Notes: generated by a model not told the origin, from the letters alone. A DNA stretch of 60,000 nucleotides from a virus (IMGVR_UViG_3300033141_001695:1-60000); one strand, 5' to 3'; positions 34,670 through 44,399 are shown, counted from the stretch's first letter. Numbers and translations are program-made.

Positions 34670-35650
34670 TTAAGCATCATCCGCAGTTGCCGTAACAGAT
34701 GCAAACGCACCAGCCTCTATAGCTGCTTTGGCTCCTCCAACATCATCATCGGCAATAAGATAGTTCTGAAAACTCAAACAATTTCCGATATCAAGAGCAG
34801 CCGCAGCATTAGCAGCATTCATCGTGATAATATTGTTTGATACAATCCCGGTTGAAGCCGCCACCAGGTTAAAGGTATCTGCCGAGCCACCTGTAAAAAA
34901 ATAGTTTCCGTCAATCAACAAGTTGGTACTCGCCGTGGTGGAGCCAGCTATCGGCGCCGTACTGTAGGTCCCTGTGATCATATTTCCGATAACTTGGGTT
35001 TCGTCCGTATCCTTCGCAAAGTGTATAGCATTCACAGCGGCTTGCGCCCCGGCTGGAAACTTATTGTATAGAATACGTGCTCTATTGCTTGCGTCGCCTG
35101 TGCGAAGAGCTATGGCAAATTCGTCTGTGGCAGTTTCCGCGCTTCCAAGTCGGCAATACGCTACGGTTGCATCGTCAACCCCGTCCTCAATGTCCAGACC
35201 TATGGTAACGGCATTAGCCGAACATCTAAGAAGCAAATTGAACAATGTAACATTGTTGGCTCCAATAGCCACGGACGCATCAGCATGGTCAAAATCTATG
35301 GTGGGTCTAAGTGTACCATTGCCGACACCAATCACGGAAATCCCCGCAATATCAAAATCAATGGCCGCTGCTGCTATTATCCCCTCATTGTGTCCAGGTA
35401 ATACGATGATGATATCGCCTTGATTCGCAGTACATTTATTTATTGCATACTCAAGAGTTGCAAACGGTTTCTGCCATGTTATCCCGTAGTGAGAAACGTC
35501 CGCCCCGGCAACCGAACTAACGAAAAACTTGTTGCTGTAGTTGGCAATCCCGTTCAGATAACCATCAACAACAACGTCTTTCTTTGCTGCAATGTCCTGT
35601 TCAAAAGTAACCTTCCCTTTAAATAGGGTGTCCATCCGTTCTATGTGCAT
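34670..35650 (-). CDS. Right-handed beta-helix (pectin-lyase-like) head fibre/spike protein
   Basis: FVSS...G..WQKPFATL.YAI..C.ANQGDII.V.PGH followed by Asn-ladder repeats. Confidence 0.75.
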   Translation of the reverse strand: MHIERMDTLFKGKVTFEQDIAAKKDVVVDGYLNGIANYSNKFFVSSVAGADVSHYGITWQKPFATLEYAINKCTANQGDIIIVLPGHNEGIIAAAAIDFDIAGISVIGVGNGTLRPTIDFDHADASVAIGANNVTLFNLLLRCSANAVTIGLDIEDGVDDATVAYCRLGSAETATDEFAIALRTGDASNRARILYNKFPAGAQAAVNAIHFAKDTDETQVIGNMITGTYSTAPIAGSTTASTNLLIDGNYFFTGGSADTFNLVAASTGIVSNNIITMNAANAAAALDIGNCLSFQNYLIADDDVGGAKAAIEAGAFASVTATADDA

Positions 35651-35662
35651 TTTTTTACTCCC

Positions 35663-35896
35663 TTACTCTGGCAAACTGTTTATATACTTTTCGGCCTCGC
35701 TCGGGAGGCTCAAGACCCAATTTAAAGCCCATATTGCACCTGCCTTGAATCTGAAATCTTTGGCGATATCTTCGTCACAGATCATGGGCTTGGTTTCGTT
35801 CTGTTCTCTGATTTCATCCCGCTTAGTTTCAATACCATCAAGCAAGGCTCTGGCCACACCTATTTGCCGGATGTCTGCTAAGTGTTGGTAGTGCTG
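35663..35896 (-). CDS. Small conserved protein downstream of portal
   Basis: C-terminal part of ORF 35663..35959 (start approximately MKLNKY); RFKAGAIWALNWVLSLP motif. Confidence 0.55.
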   Translation of the reverse strand, partial: QHYQHLADIRQIGVARALLDGIETKRDEIREQNETKPMICDEDIAKDFRFKAGAIWALNWVLSLPSEAEKYINSLPE

Positions 35897-35912
35897 GCCT
35901 TTTGGGATGTAT

Positions 35913-37904
35913 TTATTTAGCTTCATCTGCCCTTTTCTTCTCCGGCTTACTCTGGTCAAGTTTTTTCAACACCAAATCCCCCTCAAACTTTTCCTCAACT
36001 TTTTGAATATCGCCTTGAATCTTAACCTGAAGCTCTTCCATATTTCGCTGGTGATCCTGCTGTTTGGCCGCTTCCGCCATCATCATTTGTTCTTGAATCA
36101 TTTGCTGTTGTTTGGCTTCGGCCTGTGCTTGCATTTCTGCCGCTTGTTGCGCTTCGGCCTGTTTTTCTTCTGGGGTTTTCATCACTTGCCCCGCATCAAT
36201 ATCAAATGCCTTCCAGATTTCTTCGAGAACTTCCTTGACTTTGGTTTCGGCCAGCAATACCTCGGAAGACATAACCAGATTTAATCCCTGCATTAGCTTT
36301 TGCAATCTTACAACCTGATTCTGAAAACTCGTGAATCCAAGAGGTTTGGCGATATAATTGCCCTTCCCTTTTTGGATTTCCGGGTCCGCCATATTGTACT
36401 TGTAGAAATCCGTGACAACCGGCTCAATTAACCCTTCGTCAAAGTTCTTGATCACGCCGCCCAAGTATTTTCCGGCATTGGCCTGAAGCATGTTCATTTC
36501 ACCCAAAGTATCCGGTCTTTGTTTGTCGTGGGTTACGCCTTGCATGATTTTCGGGAGTTGAGACGCTTCATCAGCATAACGCTCAAAGATACCGATTAAA
36601 TCAAGCAAGGTCTGGCCCACATCCTGAATGATGACTTGTTGGATTGCTTTTCGTGCATCGTCACATTCATCTGAAAGTTCAATTTCAAGCCCTGGTTTAA
36701 AAGCTCCGTCCCAATTCGGAATGTATTGACGCTTGACTGCGGCCATTACATTTGCGGAAAGTTTCTTGTTGTCCTCAAACGCTCGGACACCACCATTGAT
36801 AACTTTTTGAACTGATCTCAAGTTCTTCGGGATACCCGTGCCTGACGTTTCATCAAGCGCAATCTCCCACACTGTCCGGTAATACGGCCTTGAATCCGGC
36901 TTGTTTCTTGAATATCGAACAATCTCATCATCAGCCATGACTGCCATGATCTCAACCTCATCACCGTCATGCTCATAATCCAAGAAGTCAAACATCTGTA
37001 TAGATGCTTCTTTAGTTGCGCTTTTCCGCTCTATGTCAGCCTCAAACTGTTCAACCAATATCCTCGGCACCCGTCCCCAAAATTCCATGCCTTCCATTGT
37101 CTTGTGACGATGCTGGATATTCCGGAGTCCTGGTGGCAAAGCGCTTGTGTCTGTTGATCCTTGTGTCTGTGACGGCTCATCGGCTTCGGCAATCGCCCTC
37201 ATAATGGCATCGTCAATCCAATACCCGTCTCCCCCCATTTTTTGCCGGAGTTCATAGGGGCTGATCATGCTACGCTGGATTATGCCCTGGCCGGCCTGTA
37301 AATCTTCTGTTTCAAGATCCCGGTAAATAGCCCAATTAGAGACATATTCAAATGCGGGAGATGTGACGGTATTGCGGTAAGGTTCCCATTGACCGTTAGC
37401 TTCCTGAAATCCCGTTCTTTCAACTTCATGCACGTAATATTTCGCATAGGTTTCACCATAAATGGCTGCTGACATAACGGTTTTCATTAGCTGTCGGTCT
37501 GCATGACAATCGACCAACTGCTGTTGAATAAGCCCTTTCATATCGTCCATGGCATCTTCGATCTGATTTCGCTGCTCAATTGGCAAATCCTCAAGCACAA
37601 CCATATCCCACGGACTGGATTTCAGCGTAAACGGTATCTTCCCGCCTTGCAGAAGAATATCGATCACCATTGAATAAGCTGTCATAACCTTCATTTTTGT
37701 GATCTGGACAAAGGTGTCCGACCGCCACCCCTCGGCTTCGCCCTGCTTCCAGAAATCGCCGGTTACAACCGCATTGAAGGCATCCAAATTGGTCTGCATT
37801 TCGATTTCAATGCCCTGACGTTCTTTTTTCCAGTTGTCGAAAAGGGTTTCCTTTATATAATATCCGAGACTTGATAATTCTGATGGTGGTAATCTGTTAG
37901 GCAT
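35913..37904 (-). CDS. Portal protein (podoviral, with a C-terminal Gln-rich barrel)
   Basis: WRS.TFV.ITK.K, YG...K, E..EFWG, G.GIP, T.G.M.ML..NA and a Q/A-rich coiled-coil tail. Confidence 0.88.
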   Translation of the reverse strand: MPNRLPPSELSSLGYYIKETLFDNWKKERQGIEIEMQTNLDAFNAVVTGDFWKQGEAEGWRSDTFVQITKMKVMTAYSMVIDILLQGGKIPFTLKSSPWDMVVLEDLPIEQRNQIEDAMDDMKGLIQQQLVDCHADRQLMKTVMSAAIYGETYAKYYVHEVERTGFQEANGQWEPYRNTVTSPAFEYVSNWAIYRDLETEDLQAGQGIIQRSMISPYELRQKMGGDGYWIDDAIMRAIAEADEPSQTQGSTDTSALPPGLRNIQHRHKTMEGMEFWGRVPRILVEQFEADIERKSATKEASIQMFDFLDYEHDGDEVEIMAVMADDEIVRYSRNKPDSRPYYRTVWEIALDETSGTGIPKNLRSVQKVINGGVRAFEDNKKLSANVMAAVKRQYIPNWDGAFKPGLEIELSDECDDARKAIQQVIIQDVGQTLLDLIGIFERYADEASQLPKIMQGVTHDKQRPDTLGEMNMLQANAGKYLGGVIKNFDEGLIEPVVTDFYKYNMADPEIQKGKGNYIAKPLGFTSFQNQVVRLQKLMQGLNLVMSSEVLLAETKVKEVLEEIWKAFDIDAGQVMKTPEEKQAEAQQAAEMQAQAEAKQQQMIQEQMMMAEAAKQQDHQRNMEELQVKIQGDIQKVEEKFEGDLVLKKLDQSKPEKKRADEAK

Positions 37905-38546
37905 TTATCTCCTTCTCGGCGGGAATCTCTCTATCCCCATTAATACACATTGCAAGGCTCGAACTGCTGGCAATATCTGTTTTTTCTTATCATCCTGCTT
38001 GATATGTTGAAGCTGATTGTAAAGCTCTGCATTCTGATCATGTCGTAATAATCGCTGCTTGATCTTGGCCCAAATCAGATGTTCTGCGTCCTGATCCTCT
38101 CCCCATGGTACTTCGATCAACTGGGGTTTGAGGCCTATCGCCGGGGAGCGCAAAATATCCAACCGCCATTTTTTTGAGAACTCATAATTCTGGTGCCAAT
38201 AATATTTCCGGCAATAGTAATTCGAGAACGCATTATTGATGAAATTGGAGATTCCCGGATAGTCAATCACTTGTGTTTCGCGGTTAATGATAGGTTCCAC
38301 AACCAAAAACTGTTGCTGCTCGAATATCGTGATAACCCCTGTTTTCAGATTCTTTCCTGCAACAACGATATACCCCTGAGAATCAACATATCCGTCCTTC
38401 CGGAATGTGACCGGCCAGCATATACCGCCCCGGATATCAAACTCGGCTTGCGGGTAAATCAATTCTTCATCGTCAAAGTCGAAATACAGGGTGACGCTTT
38501 GATCTTCATTCAGGATTGCGGTTCGTGGTTTTTCAATTATCATCAA
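37905..38546 (-). CDS. Hypothetical protein, possible degenerate terminase RNase H-like domain
   Basis: Lies between TerL and portal; RGGICWP...GYIVVAG...IFE and PAVRAL resemble TerL nuclease motifs without the Asp residues. Confidence 0.5.
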   Translation of the reverse strand: MMIIEKPRTAILNEDQSVTLYFDFDDEELIYPQAEFDIRGGICWPVTFRKDGYVDSQGYIVVAGKNLKTGVITIFEQQQFLVVEPIINRETQVIDYPGISNFINNAFSNYYCRKYYWHQNYEFSKKWRLDILRSPAIGLKPQLIEVPWGEDQDAEHLIWAKIKQRLLRHDQNAELYNQLQHIKQDDKKKQILPAVRALQCVLMGIERFPPRRR

Positions 38547-41362
38547 ACTGCCCTCTCCGGCATATTCGCCAAATCCGTCGGATCAATCAACCTGTCATGC
38601 TCGACAAATGTCAGACACAGTGCATCTGCCCTGTCCGGTGATCGTTTAAGTGCCTCTTTCATAACATCTTTTTTCATAACTTCGATCTTGCCATTAACGA
38701 CCTCGTAAGTCGGTGTTGCAAGCTCTTCGAGAAGTATTTCATCCGGGGGTAACATCGCATCATCTGTCCGCAACCATTCACGAACCGACCACCACATCTG
38801 GTCCCGCAGAATCTTGAACTCGCCTATCTCAATTTCAAATGTAGGGCTCTTTGCAACCTTAATCGGATAGACATTGTTACAACCATTCCGTACCATCTGC
38901 GGTGCCGTTCCAGATCCCACGCCTGTTGCATCCACATTGCACTCGATTACGTCCCGCTTTTTCATCTCTACGGCTGCTCTATCGCCCGTAACAAGCGGAT
39001 CAACACCATCCCAGGTCAAAAACCGTTCAACATAATTGCCGTATCGGAAACAGGTGCAGTTCGCATCAGTACCGAACTCTGCAACGTCTTGGCCCATAAT
39101 TGCAGATGTGCCTTGTGGCGGAACTTCTCCATGCTCTGCTACATACACATCCCATCTTGATCGGGCTGCTGAAATCCAGGCTGTTGATATGAGTTGATTG
39201 CTCCCCTTGGCTGGATACCTGCCAAGAACCATATAGCTGAAAGAAGGTTCCATGATCTTGTAATATCCAGCTTCCAACATCGGATATTCTTTTCCTGCGT
39301 GACTTTTCGCAACCGCACCAGCCAAAAAGTCCGGCAATTCAAAACATTCATTATCCGATGTTTCATCATCAGCTAACGGTCGACACCATTCATTAATCCT
39401 GCGAACAGTCGTATCGCGGGTAACAGCGCCGGGAACAACATCATCACCGGTGATTACGTTGGGATGTCCAAATGCCGACAAATAGACGACATTGGCCTGG
39501 CCGTCTCTGATCTTCCGGTACGCTTCCCCGATCTGTGCCTTGGGATTGAACATGATTAACATTCTGACATGACCACCAGACATGCAACCGTCCGAACCTT
39601 TATAAACTTCGTCAGGAACCGCATCGCCTTCGTCAAAAATAAACAGCATGTTAGGAGCGTGTTTTCCACTGTTATGTTCAACTAAATTTGTCAAATATGT
39701 GTTATTTTTCGGAACATGAACCCTAACAGTAGGTTTTTTGCTTAACAATTTAATAGATTTGATCTTATCCCAACAAAAACCATTATGTTTGCTCTTTCTC
39801 CATACGGCATAAGATCGCCTATTCTTAGCATAAATTACACATTCAGATAGAGCATCTTCTTTGCCATAGATTCCTATTAAGTCAGCAAACTTAATAATAT
39901 CTGCTGCACGGCAAATTGTGAGAAACCAGTAATATGCAGATTTTTTTATTCCTTTATGCATCCAAGTTTTTTTGCACGTTGACACCTTTGAGGATATTCC
40001 AAATTTAAAGAGAAGTCGCTGAATGTCTCTGACAAGACCTTCGCTTTTACTGGTGTACCCTATTTCTGCTTTTTTATACGCACCACAATTACACATACAA
40101 GCATGGCCATCCGTAGAAAAAAGCCGGCTTAAAAATAAGGCTATACAGTTTTGATTTGACTGATTAATTTTCCCAGGAACGCACTTTGTGGCGCTGTCTT
40201 TACCAAGTAAACCGTGATCCCTGAGTAAATTCAAAACCACATTGCTTCCTTTTAACCCTGAACCGTCTCCATTTACTTTCCAGCTATACTCAGCAAGGTT
40301 GTGCTCTATGACTCTCGCCCCTAAAACTGAAACAGCCCCCTTAAACTCAGATAGTTGCTTATTGTTTTCTTGAATAAACAAAACTCTTTTACAGTTATTT
40401 ATACAACCATCTCCAATAAGATACGCCATAACTTTAATCTCGTTGGAGTCTAATTCCAGAGAACCAAAATTAAAAGATGTATCTTCTGGAACGAGGATGG
40501 CATCTCCAACTTGAATATCTTCTACTTTTACCCACTTTTCATCCTGAACAAGATAACGCCTTCCATATTTTTTTTTACTTTGTTTAATCTTCCCAACATA
40601 AAAAGGATGTTGCCCTGTCCGATTAATTACTGCTCCATTTGATAAGGTAATTTTATAAACCGGTTGTATGCCATTATCGGAAAACTCTGCCGTAGCTGGT
40701 TCTTTTATAAATTCAGGGTTCACACTAATAACATCGGCAGTTTTTCCAATTAAGCTTTTATACGAAACCAATTCGCCTGTAGTTAATTCAAACAGATCGT
40801 CTGCATCTGCACAAAATTTGCTCTCTCTTTCGTGCGATGTGCCGGATGTAGGGATAGTTACGCCTTTGATGAAACTGACTTCCTCTTCATCCTCCATATC
40901 ATCCATCATGGTCTGGGAGCTTAATGGGGGTGTTGAGGAAATACTGAGACGGGTAATGTAATCGTTTGTGAACATCCGCTTGTTTTTTCTGACCACATTG
41001 CCCATTTCACCCCAGAGCAGGGTTTCCAAGTTGTCAATCGGCGGGGCTGCGGCTGTAAAAACTTTTGCTTGCGGAAATGCTTTATAGAACCAAGTTGCAA
41101 TTCGGGCGGCTGAATGGGTTTTTCCTGTTCCCGTAGCTGAGACAGCAATGGTAATCGGATAATCCCGGACCGACTCCATCAGGATTTTGACTTCATCCGT
41201 ATAAGTTTCTCCCAGGACATTCTCACCAAATCCTATGGGGTCGGCCTGATAGTCCGTGTATCCACGTTTCGACTTGAGGTAGTCAATCGCTTCAGGGGAT
41301 AAATTATCCCTTACAGCATCAGCTAAAATACCCATTTTGTCAGGATTTAGGCTTATCATCAT
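38543..41362 (-). CDS. terL: Terminase large subunit, intein-containing
   Basis: SATGTGKT Walker A, FIFDEG Walker B, MFNP coupling motif, MGQDVA, VDATGVG, SPDRADAL. Confidence 0.93.
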   Translation of the reverse strand: MMISLNPDKMGILADAVRDNLSPEAIDYLKSKRGYTDYQADPIGFGENVLGETYTDEVKILMESVRDYPITIAVSATGTGKTHSAARIATWFYKAFPQAKVFTAAAPPIDNLETLLWGEMGNVVRKNKRMFTNDYITRLSISSTPPLSSQTMMDDMEDEEEVSFIKGVTIPTSGTSHERESKFCADADDLFELTTGELVSYKSLIGKTADVISVNPEFIKEPATAEFSDNGIQPVYKITLSNGAVINRTGQHPFYVGKIKQSKKKYGRRYLVQDEKWVKVEDIQVGDAILVPEDTSFNFGSLELDSNEIKVMAYLIGDGCINNCKRVLFIQENNKQLSEFKGAVSVLGARVIEHNLAEYSWKVNGDGSGLKGSNVVLNLLRDHGLLGKDSATKCVPGKINQSNQNCIALFLSRLFSTDGHACMCNCGAYKKAEIGYTSKSEGLVRDIQRLLFKFGISSKVSTCKKTWMHKGIKKSAYYWFLTICRAADIIKFADLIGIYGKEDALSECVIYAKNRRSYAVWRKSKHNGFCWDKIKSIKLLSKKPTVRVHVPKNNTYLTNLVEHNSGKHAPNMLFIFDEGDAVPDEVYKGSDGCMSGGHVRMLIMFNPKAQIGEAYRKIRDGQANVVYLSAFGHPNVITGDDVVPGAVTRDTTVRRINEWCRPLADDETSDNECFELPDFLAGAVAKSHAGKEYPMLEAGYYKIMEPSFSYMVLGRYPAKGSNQLISTAWISAARSRWDVYVAEHGEVPPQGTSAIMGQDVAEFGTDANCTCFRYGNYVERFLTWDGVDPLVTGDRAAVEMKKRDVIECNVDATGVGSGTAPQMVRNGCNNVYPIKVAKSPTFEIEIGEFKILRDQMWWSVREWLRTDDAMLPPDEILLEELATPTYEVVNGKIEVMKKDVMKEALKRSPDRADALCLTFVEHDRLIDPTDLANMPERAV
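39671..40813 (-). mobile_element. Intein with LAGLIDADG homing endonuclease (381 aa)
   Basis: Junctions KF/CADAD... and ...LVEHN/SGKH; block B TGQHPF; LAGLIDADG motifs MAYLIGDGC and LSRLFSTDGH. Confidence 0.92.
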
Positions 41363-41792
41363 CTATTAATAAGGTCTTAAAGGTTTCGACTCCTGATTTA
41401 CCGGCAATCTTTTCAATTGCATCCATAATTTGCATAAGGCCTGGTATGTCAATCTCTGTCTTATTTTCTCTTTTTATTTTGTCGGTGAAATCAGCCTCAG
41501 ATTTTCCTAACAATTCTGAGGCTTTAAGCCTATCTTTCGGGTCAAGTTCTTCGTCTCTCAAAAAATCAGTCCAAAACCTTTGCCTTTCTTCTCGGGTGGC
41601 AATGAGTTTGTCACTACGTTCCTTTTCCCTTTCTGCAATAGCAGAGGCAATATTAGTATTCTTTAGTAGCTTATCGGTATTTGTGGCAGCATATTTCTGG
41701 TTATAACCAGCCTTGATTGCCGCCTCTGTAGCGTTTCCATCATAGCAATCTACAAATCTCTGTTGCTTTATCGTTAATTTTGCCACCCACAC
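41340..41792 (-). CDS. terS: Terminase small subunit
   Basis: LTIKQQRFVD.Y.GNATEAAIKAGY...DRLKASELLGK. Confidence 0.92.
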   Translation of the reverse strand: MWVAKLTIKQQRFVDCYDGNATEAAIKAGYNQKYAATNTDKLLKNTNIASAIAEREKERSDKLIATREERQRFWTDFLRDEELDPKDRLKASELLGKSEADFTDKIKRENKTEIDIPGLMQIMDAIEKIAGKSGVETFKTLLIDDDKPKS

Positions 41793-41920
41793 ACCTTCCG
41801 CAACCGTTCCAAGGTTTCCCGTTTCTCAGCATTCCGCTTCCGCTCACGCATAATCCATATAATTAATCCAATTACTGGAGCAACTGACATTGCGGCAACT
41901 ATAAATCTTTGATCAATCAT
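41774..41920 (-). CDS. Small single-TM protein in the lysis cassette (48 aa, not in ORF track)
   Basis: MIDQRFIVAAMSVAPVIGLIIWIMRERKR...; overlaps both neighbours. Confidence 0.5.
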   Translation of the reverse strand: MIDQRFIVAAMSVAPVIGLIIWIMRERKRNAEKRETLERLRKVCGWQN

Positions 41921-42236
41921 CATGTCCATTTTCAAGCTTCTTCACCCTCTCGACAACCGCATATAACCGTTCACTATGTCTCGATAATGCTGTGCAATTT
42001 TTAAGTAATTTCGTTTCAACCTTATCGATTTCTTTTTTGGTTGCATATATCGTTGGCAATTCTTTCTGGCAGACAAGGTATTCTCTGTCAACTCTATCTA
42101 TTCTCTTATTTAATTTTTCAACTTCTTTCTTAATATCTGATAATTTTGCATCCAGCCAATTTCGTGCAAAATATCCAGCAACGCCAAGAATTGTAGCTTG
42201 TTGAGCAGATTGCAAAAATACCTCTGGTATATCCAT
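41913..42236 (-). CDS. Membrane-anchored coiled-coil protein (lysis accessory)
   Basis: Hydrophobic N-terminal segment followed by heptads; within the lysis cassette. Confidence 0.55.
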   Translation of the reverse strand: MDIPEVFLQSAQQATILGVAGYFARNWLDAKLSDIKKEVEKLNKRIDRVDREYLVCQKELPTIYATKKEIDKVETKLLKNCTALSRHSERLYAVVERVKKLENGHDD

Positions 42237-42784
42237 TATTTTTTCAACACCCCGACAACCTTTTCACCACTCCTATCCAAGATACGTCCACCGGTGTCCC
42301 AGCTTGGAGCGTGACTTCCCGCTATTTCCTTGTTCCTTGTTTCTTTTTTCAAGCCGAACAATTGAGTCCCGACATAGCCACCGAAAAAAAAGAAAGCCAC
42401 AGCTATGACAATATTATTCAGCGTCACAGCCACGGCTATGACATGTAAAGCCCAGGCGGAATCGAATCGATATATTATTGCCGAAGCAATTAGAAGAAAC
42501 AGATAAGTCTCTATGATCATCACAGCAAGCTTGCGCCGTGTAATACTTCGGACTGTGTTCTCCGATCCGGTTTTTTCCATCAACTCAATATGTAGTTTCG
42601 TCAGGTCTCTGAACGAATCAATCCGAGCCTGAAGGCTTTCGGCCCTTTCCTCTTGCGTGTAGAAAGCCCTGTCAAACCCCGCAATGATACCGTCTGTTCC
42701 TTTTTCGACGACATCGAGTGCAGTATCAAGGGCTTTCGGAGCAGAAAGAATTGATTTAATGGTTGAAAAAATTGCCATATTCAA
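42236..42784 (-). CDS. Holin (GTA 3TM-holin-like)
   Basis: D..FYT.EE.A, RSITRR.LA, TM segments and FFFGG; follows the endolysin. Confidence 0.7.
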   Translation of the reverse strand: MNMAIFSTIKSILSAPKALDTALDVVEKGTDGIIAGFDRAFYTQEERAESLQARIDSFRDLTKLHIELMEKTGSENTVRSITRRKLAVMIIETYLFLLIASAIIYRFDSAWALHVIAVAVTLNNIVIAVAFFFFGGYVGTQLFGLKKETRNKEIAGSHAPSWDTGGRILDRSGEKVVGVLKK

Positions 42785-43350
42785 ATAGTTAGATCATTTT
42801 TTGTAACTCTGTTTAGACTACGGACCCTGTTGAGCCAACCTGGTAAAAATTTTCGTAAGTTTTTGTTATAGTTGCAGATATTCAGATATTGCCAAATTCG
42901 TTCCAAAAAAAATTGTCTAAGCAACAGATCGCAGGAAACCATTATAGCTGCGGCATGGGTTTTGGGGCCCATAATGCCATCAACAACGATGCAAAATTCC
43001 ATCTGCACCAAGGCGAGTTGTAAAATTTTGACCGCCCGCGATTTCCCCATGTTGACCGCCGTGTCCATTAGGACCACGGATAAGCCGTCGGGTAAACGCG
43101 ACAATTCCAAAGCATTCCAAAATCGGTCGGTATAAATCCGAACCGCATCGTCTTCGGTCAACGAAAAAATATCATCGAAATCCACATCCCCATCACGGTC
43201 AATATCCGCCAATTCAGGTGCCAGAGATTTCAAAAATCGAAAGCTGATGCCATATTTGGTCGCACCGCCTGGGTCTTTGGGATCATCGATAAATCCACCT
43301 TCCCATTTCAGAACAAAATCAAGTGCTTTTTTCAAGCTCTTTAAACTCAT
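42781..43350 (-). CDS. Endolysin, glycoside hydrolase family 108 with peptidoglycan-binding C-terminus
   Basis: EGGFIDDPKDPGGATKYGI, DTAVNMG, VDGIMGPKT, FL.GWLNRV. Confidence 0.93.
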   Translation of the reverse strand: MSLKSLKKALDFVLKWEGGFIDDPKDPGGATKYGISFRFLKSLAPELADIDRDGDVDFDDIFSLTEDDAVRIYTDRFWNALELSRLPDGLSVVLMDTAVNMGKSRAVKILQLALVQMEFCIVVDGIMGPKTHAAAIMVSCDLLLRQFFLERIWQYLNICNYNKNLRKFLPGWLNRVRSLNRVTKNDLTI

Positions 43351-43517
43351 AAATATTCTCCTGCTATTTTTATAATCTAAAAAACGCTCGAAAACAACAC
43401 TTTTTTCATTATTTAGATTCTTTTTTTTGTATTTCCGATTTCCAAAGCTGTAATTTCACTATGATTGTTTAATTATCTCACTAACTTATAAATAATTCAT
43501 TTTGTGAATAATTTTTC

Positions 43518-43545
43518 TTGACATGAATTATTAATAGTGTATGAT
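43518..43545 (+). promoter_or_regulatory. Sigma70-type promoter of the small-ORF operon
   Basis: TTGACA-N16-TATGAT in an AT-rich region; the inverted repeat AATAATTCAT/ATGAATTATT (43491-43500, 43523-43532) brackets the -35. Confidence 0.7.
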
Positions 43546-43587
43546 GAAATCAAACAGTGAGGGAATTAACAACAATAAGGAGGCGGG

Positions 43588-43878
43588 ATGAAAAAGCAAA
43601 TAATGAAACGAGCATGGGAAATCAGAAAAGAAGCCGCAGAAAAGTTATGGAAGGAAAGCAATGTGGATAACAAAATAATCGCAAATATTATCGGAACTGC
43701 AAAAAATGGATGTAACGGAATATTAATAAGCGCCCCAATTGACGGATATCCGGAAGTTGTTAGAGTTATGTGGGAAGACGGCTCATGGGCACCCGGATTT
43801 ATAGACTATGAAGCTTTTGAAATTTGGGCATGCCCTGAATTTAACACATACGTGGATAGCGTTGAGCTTATCAGTTAA
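43588..43878 (+). CDS. Small early protein
   Basis: SD AAGGAGG; N-terminus IMKRAWEI.K. Confidence 0.75.
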   Translation: MKKQIMKRAWEIRKEAAEKLWKESNVDNKIIANIIGTAKNGCNGILISAPIDGYPEVVRVMWEDGSWAPGFIDYEAFEIWACPEFNTYVDSVELIS

Positions 43879-43922
43879 CCCAATCGCCCCGGCAACGGGG
43901 CTTAGAGCAAAAGGAGGAAATC

Positions 43923-44135
43923 ATGACAAAAACGAGCATAAAAAATTACGAAGAAATTGACTATCAGGACGCTGAAAATGACATGATAACTTTTGACTAT
44001 GCCGGCCATACATTCACGCTCAACCCAGACGACATACACCAAGTTTCAGCCGACGATGATGGAAGTGTAGTTTTTGACCCTCGCACCATCCTGGATGTAG
44101 ACGAAGACAATCAGATTCTTTTTATTGAAAAATGA
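43923..44135 (+). CDS. Small, highly acidic early protein
   Basis: SD AAGGAGG; 70 aa, very Asp/Glu-rich. Confidence 0.75.
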   Translation: MTKTSIKNYEEIDYQDAENDMITFDYAGHTFTLNPDDIHQVSADDDGSVVFDPRTILDVDEDNQILFIEK

Positions 44136-44219
44136 CTATACAAGAACTTTTATTAAAATCCTTATTGATAATAACTAACCGCCCCGGCAACGGGGCTTAA
44201 TTGAAAAGAAGATCGAAAT

Positions 44220-44357
44220 ATGAATTCAAAAAAATACTATGCTGAAATAGAATGGATTCTTGATTCAGACAGATTTTCCAGGCCAATCGGAAAGCAAAAT
44301 CGACTTAAAAAGATAAGTCGCTTAAGAAAAGCAAGAAGATTACGAAGAAATATCTAA
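44220..44357 (+). CDS. Small basic protein (45 aa, not in ORF track)
   Basis: MNSKKYYAEIEWILDSDRFSRPIGKQNRLKKISRLRKARRLRRNI, fitting exactly between hairpins 2 and 3. Confidence 0.65.
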   Translation: MNSKKYYAEIEWILDSDRFSRPIGKQNRLKKISRLRKARRLRRNI

Positions 44358-44399
44358 ACACAACCCGCCCCGGCAACGGTGCTAAAAGGGGGTTAGGTC

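Larger units (their letters stand above)
43886..44382 (+). repeat. Three intergenic GCCCCG-GCAA-CGGGGC hairpins
   Basis: Copies at 43886-43901, 44181-44196 and 44367-44382 (one mismatch), each between a stop codon and the next SD. Confidence 0.92.

Noticed and set aside
43886-44382. CRISPR mini-array
   Set aside because: The repeats are only 16 bp, and the intervening 170-280 bp segments are unequal and contain ORFs with RBSs.
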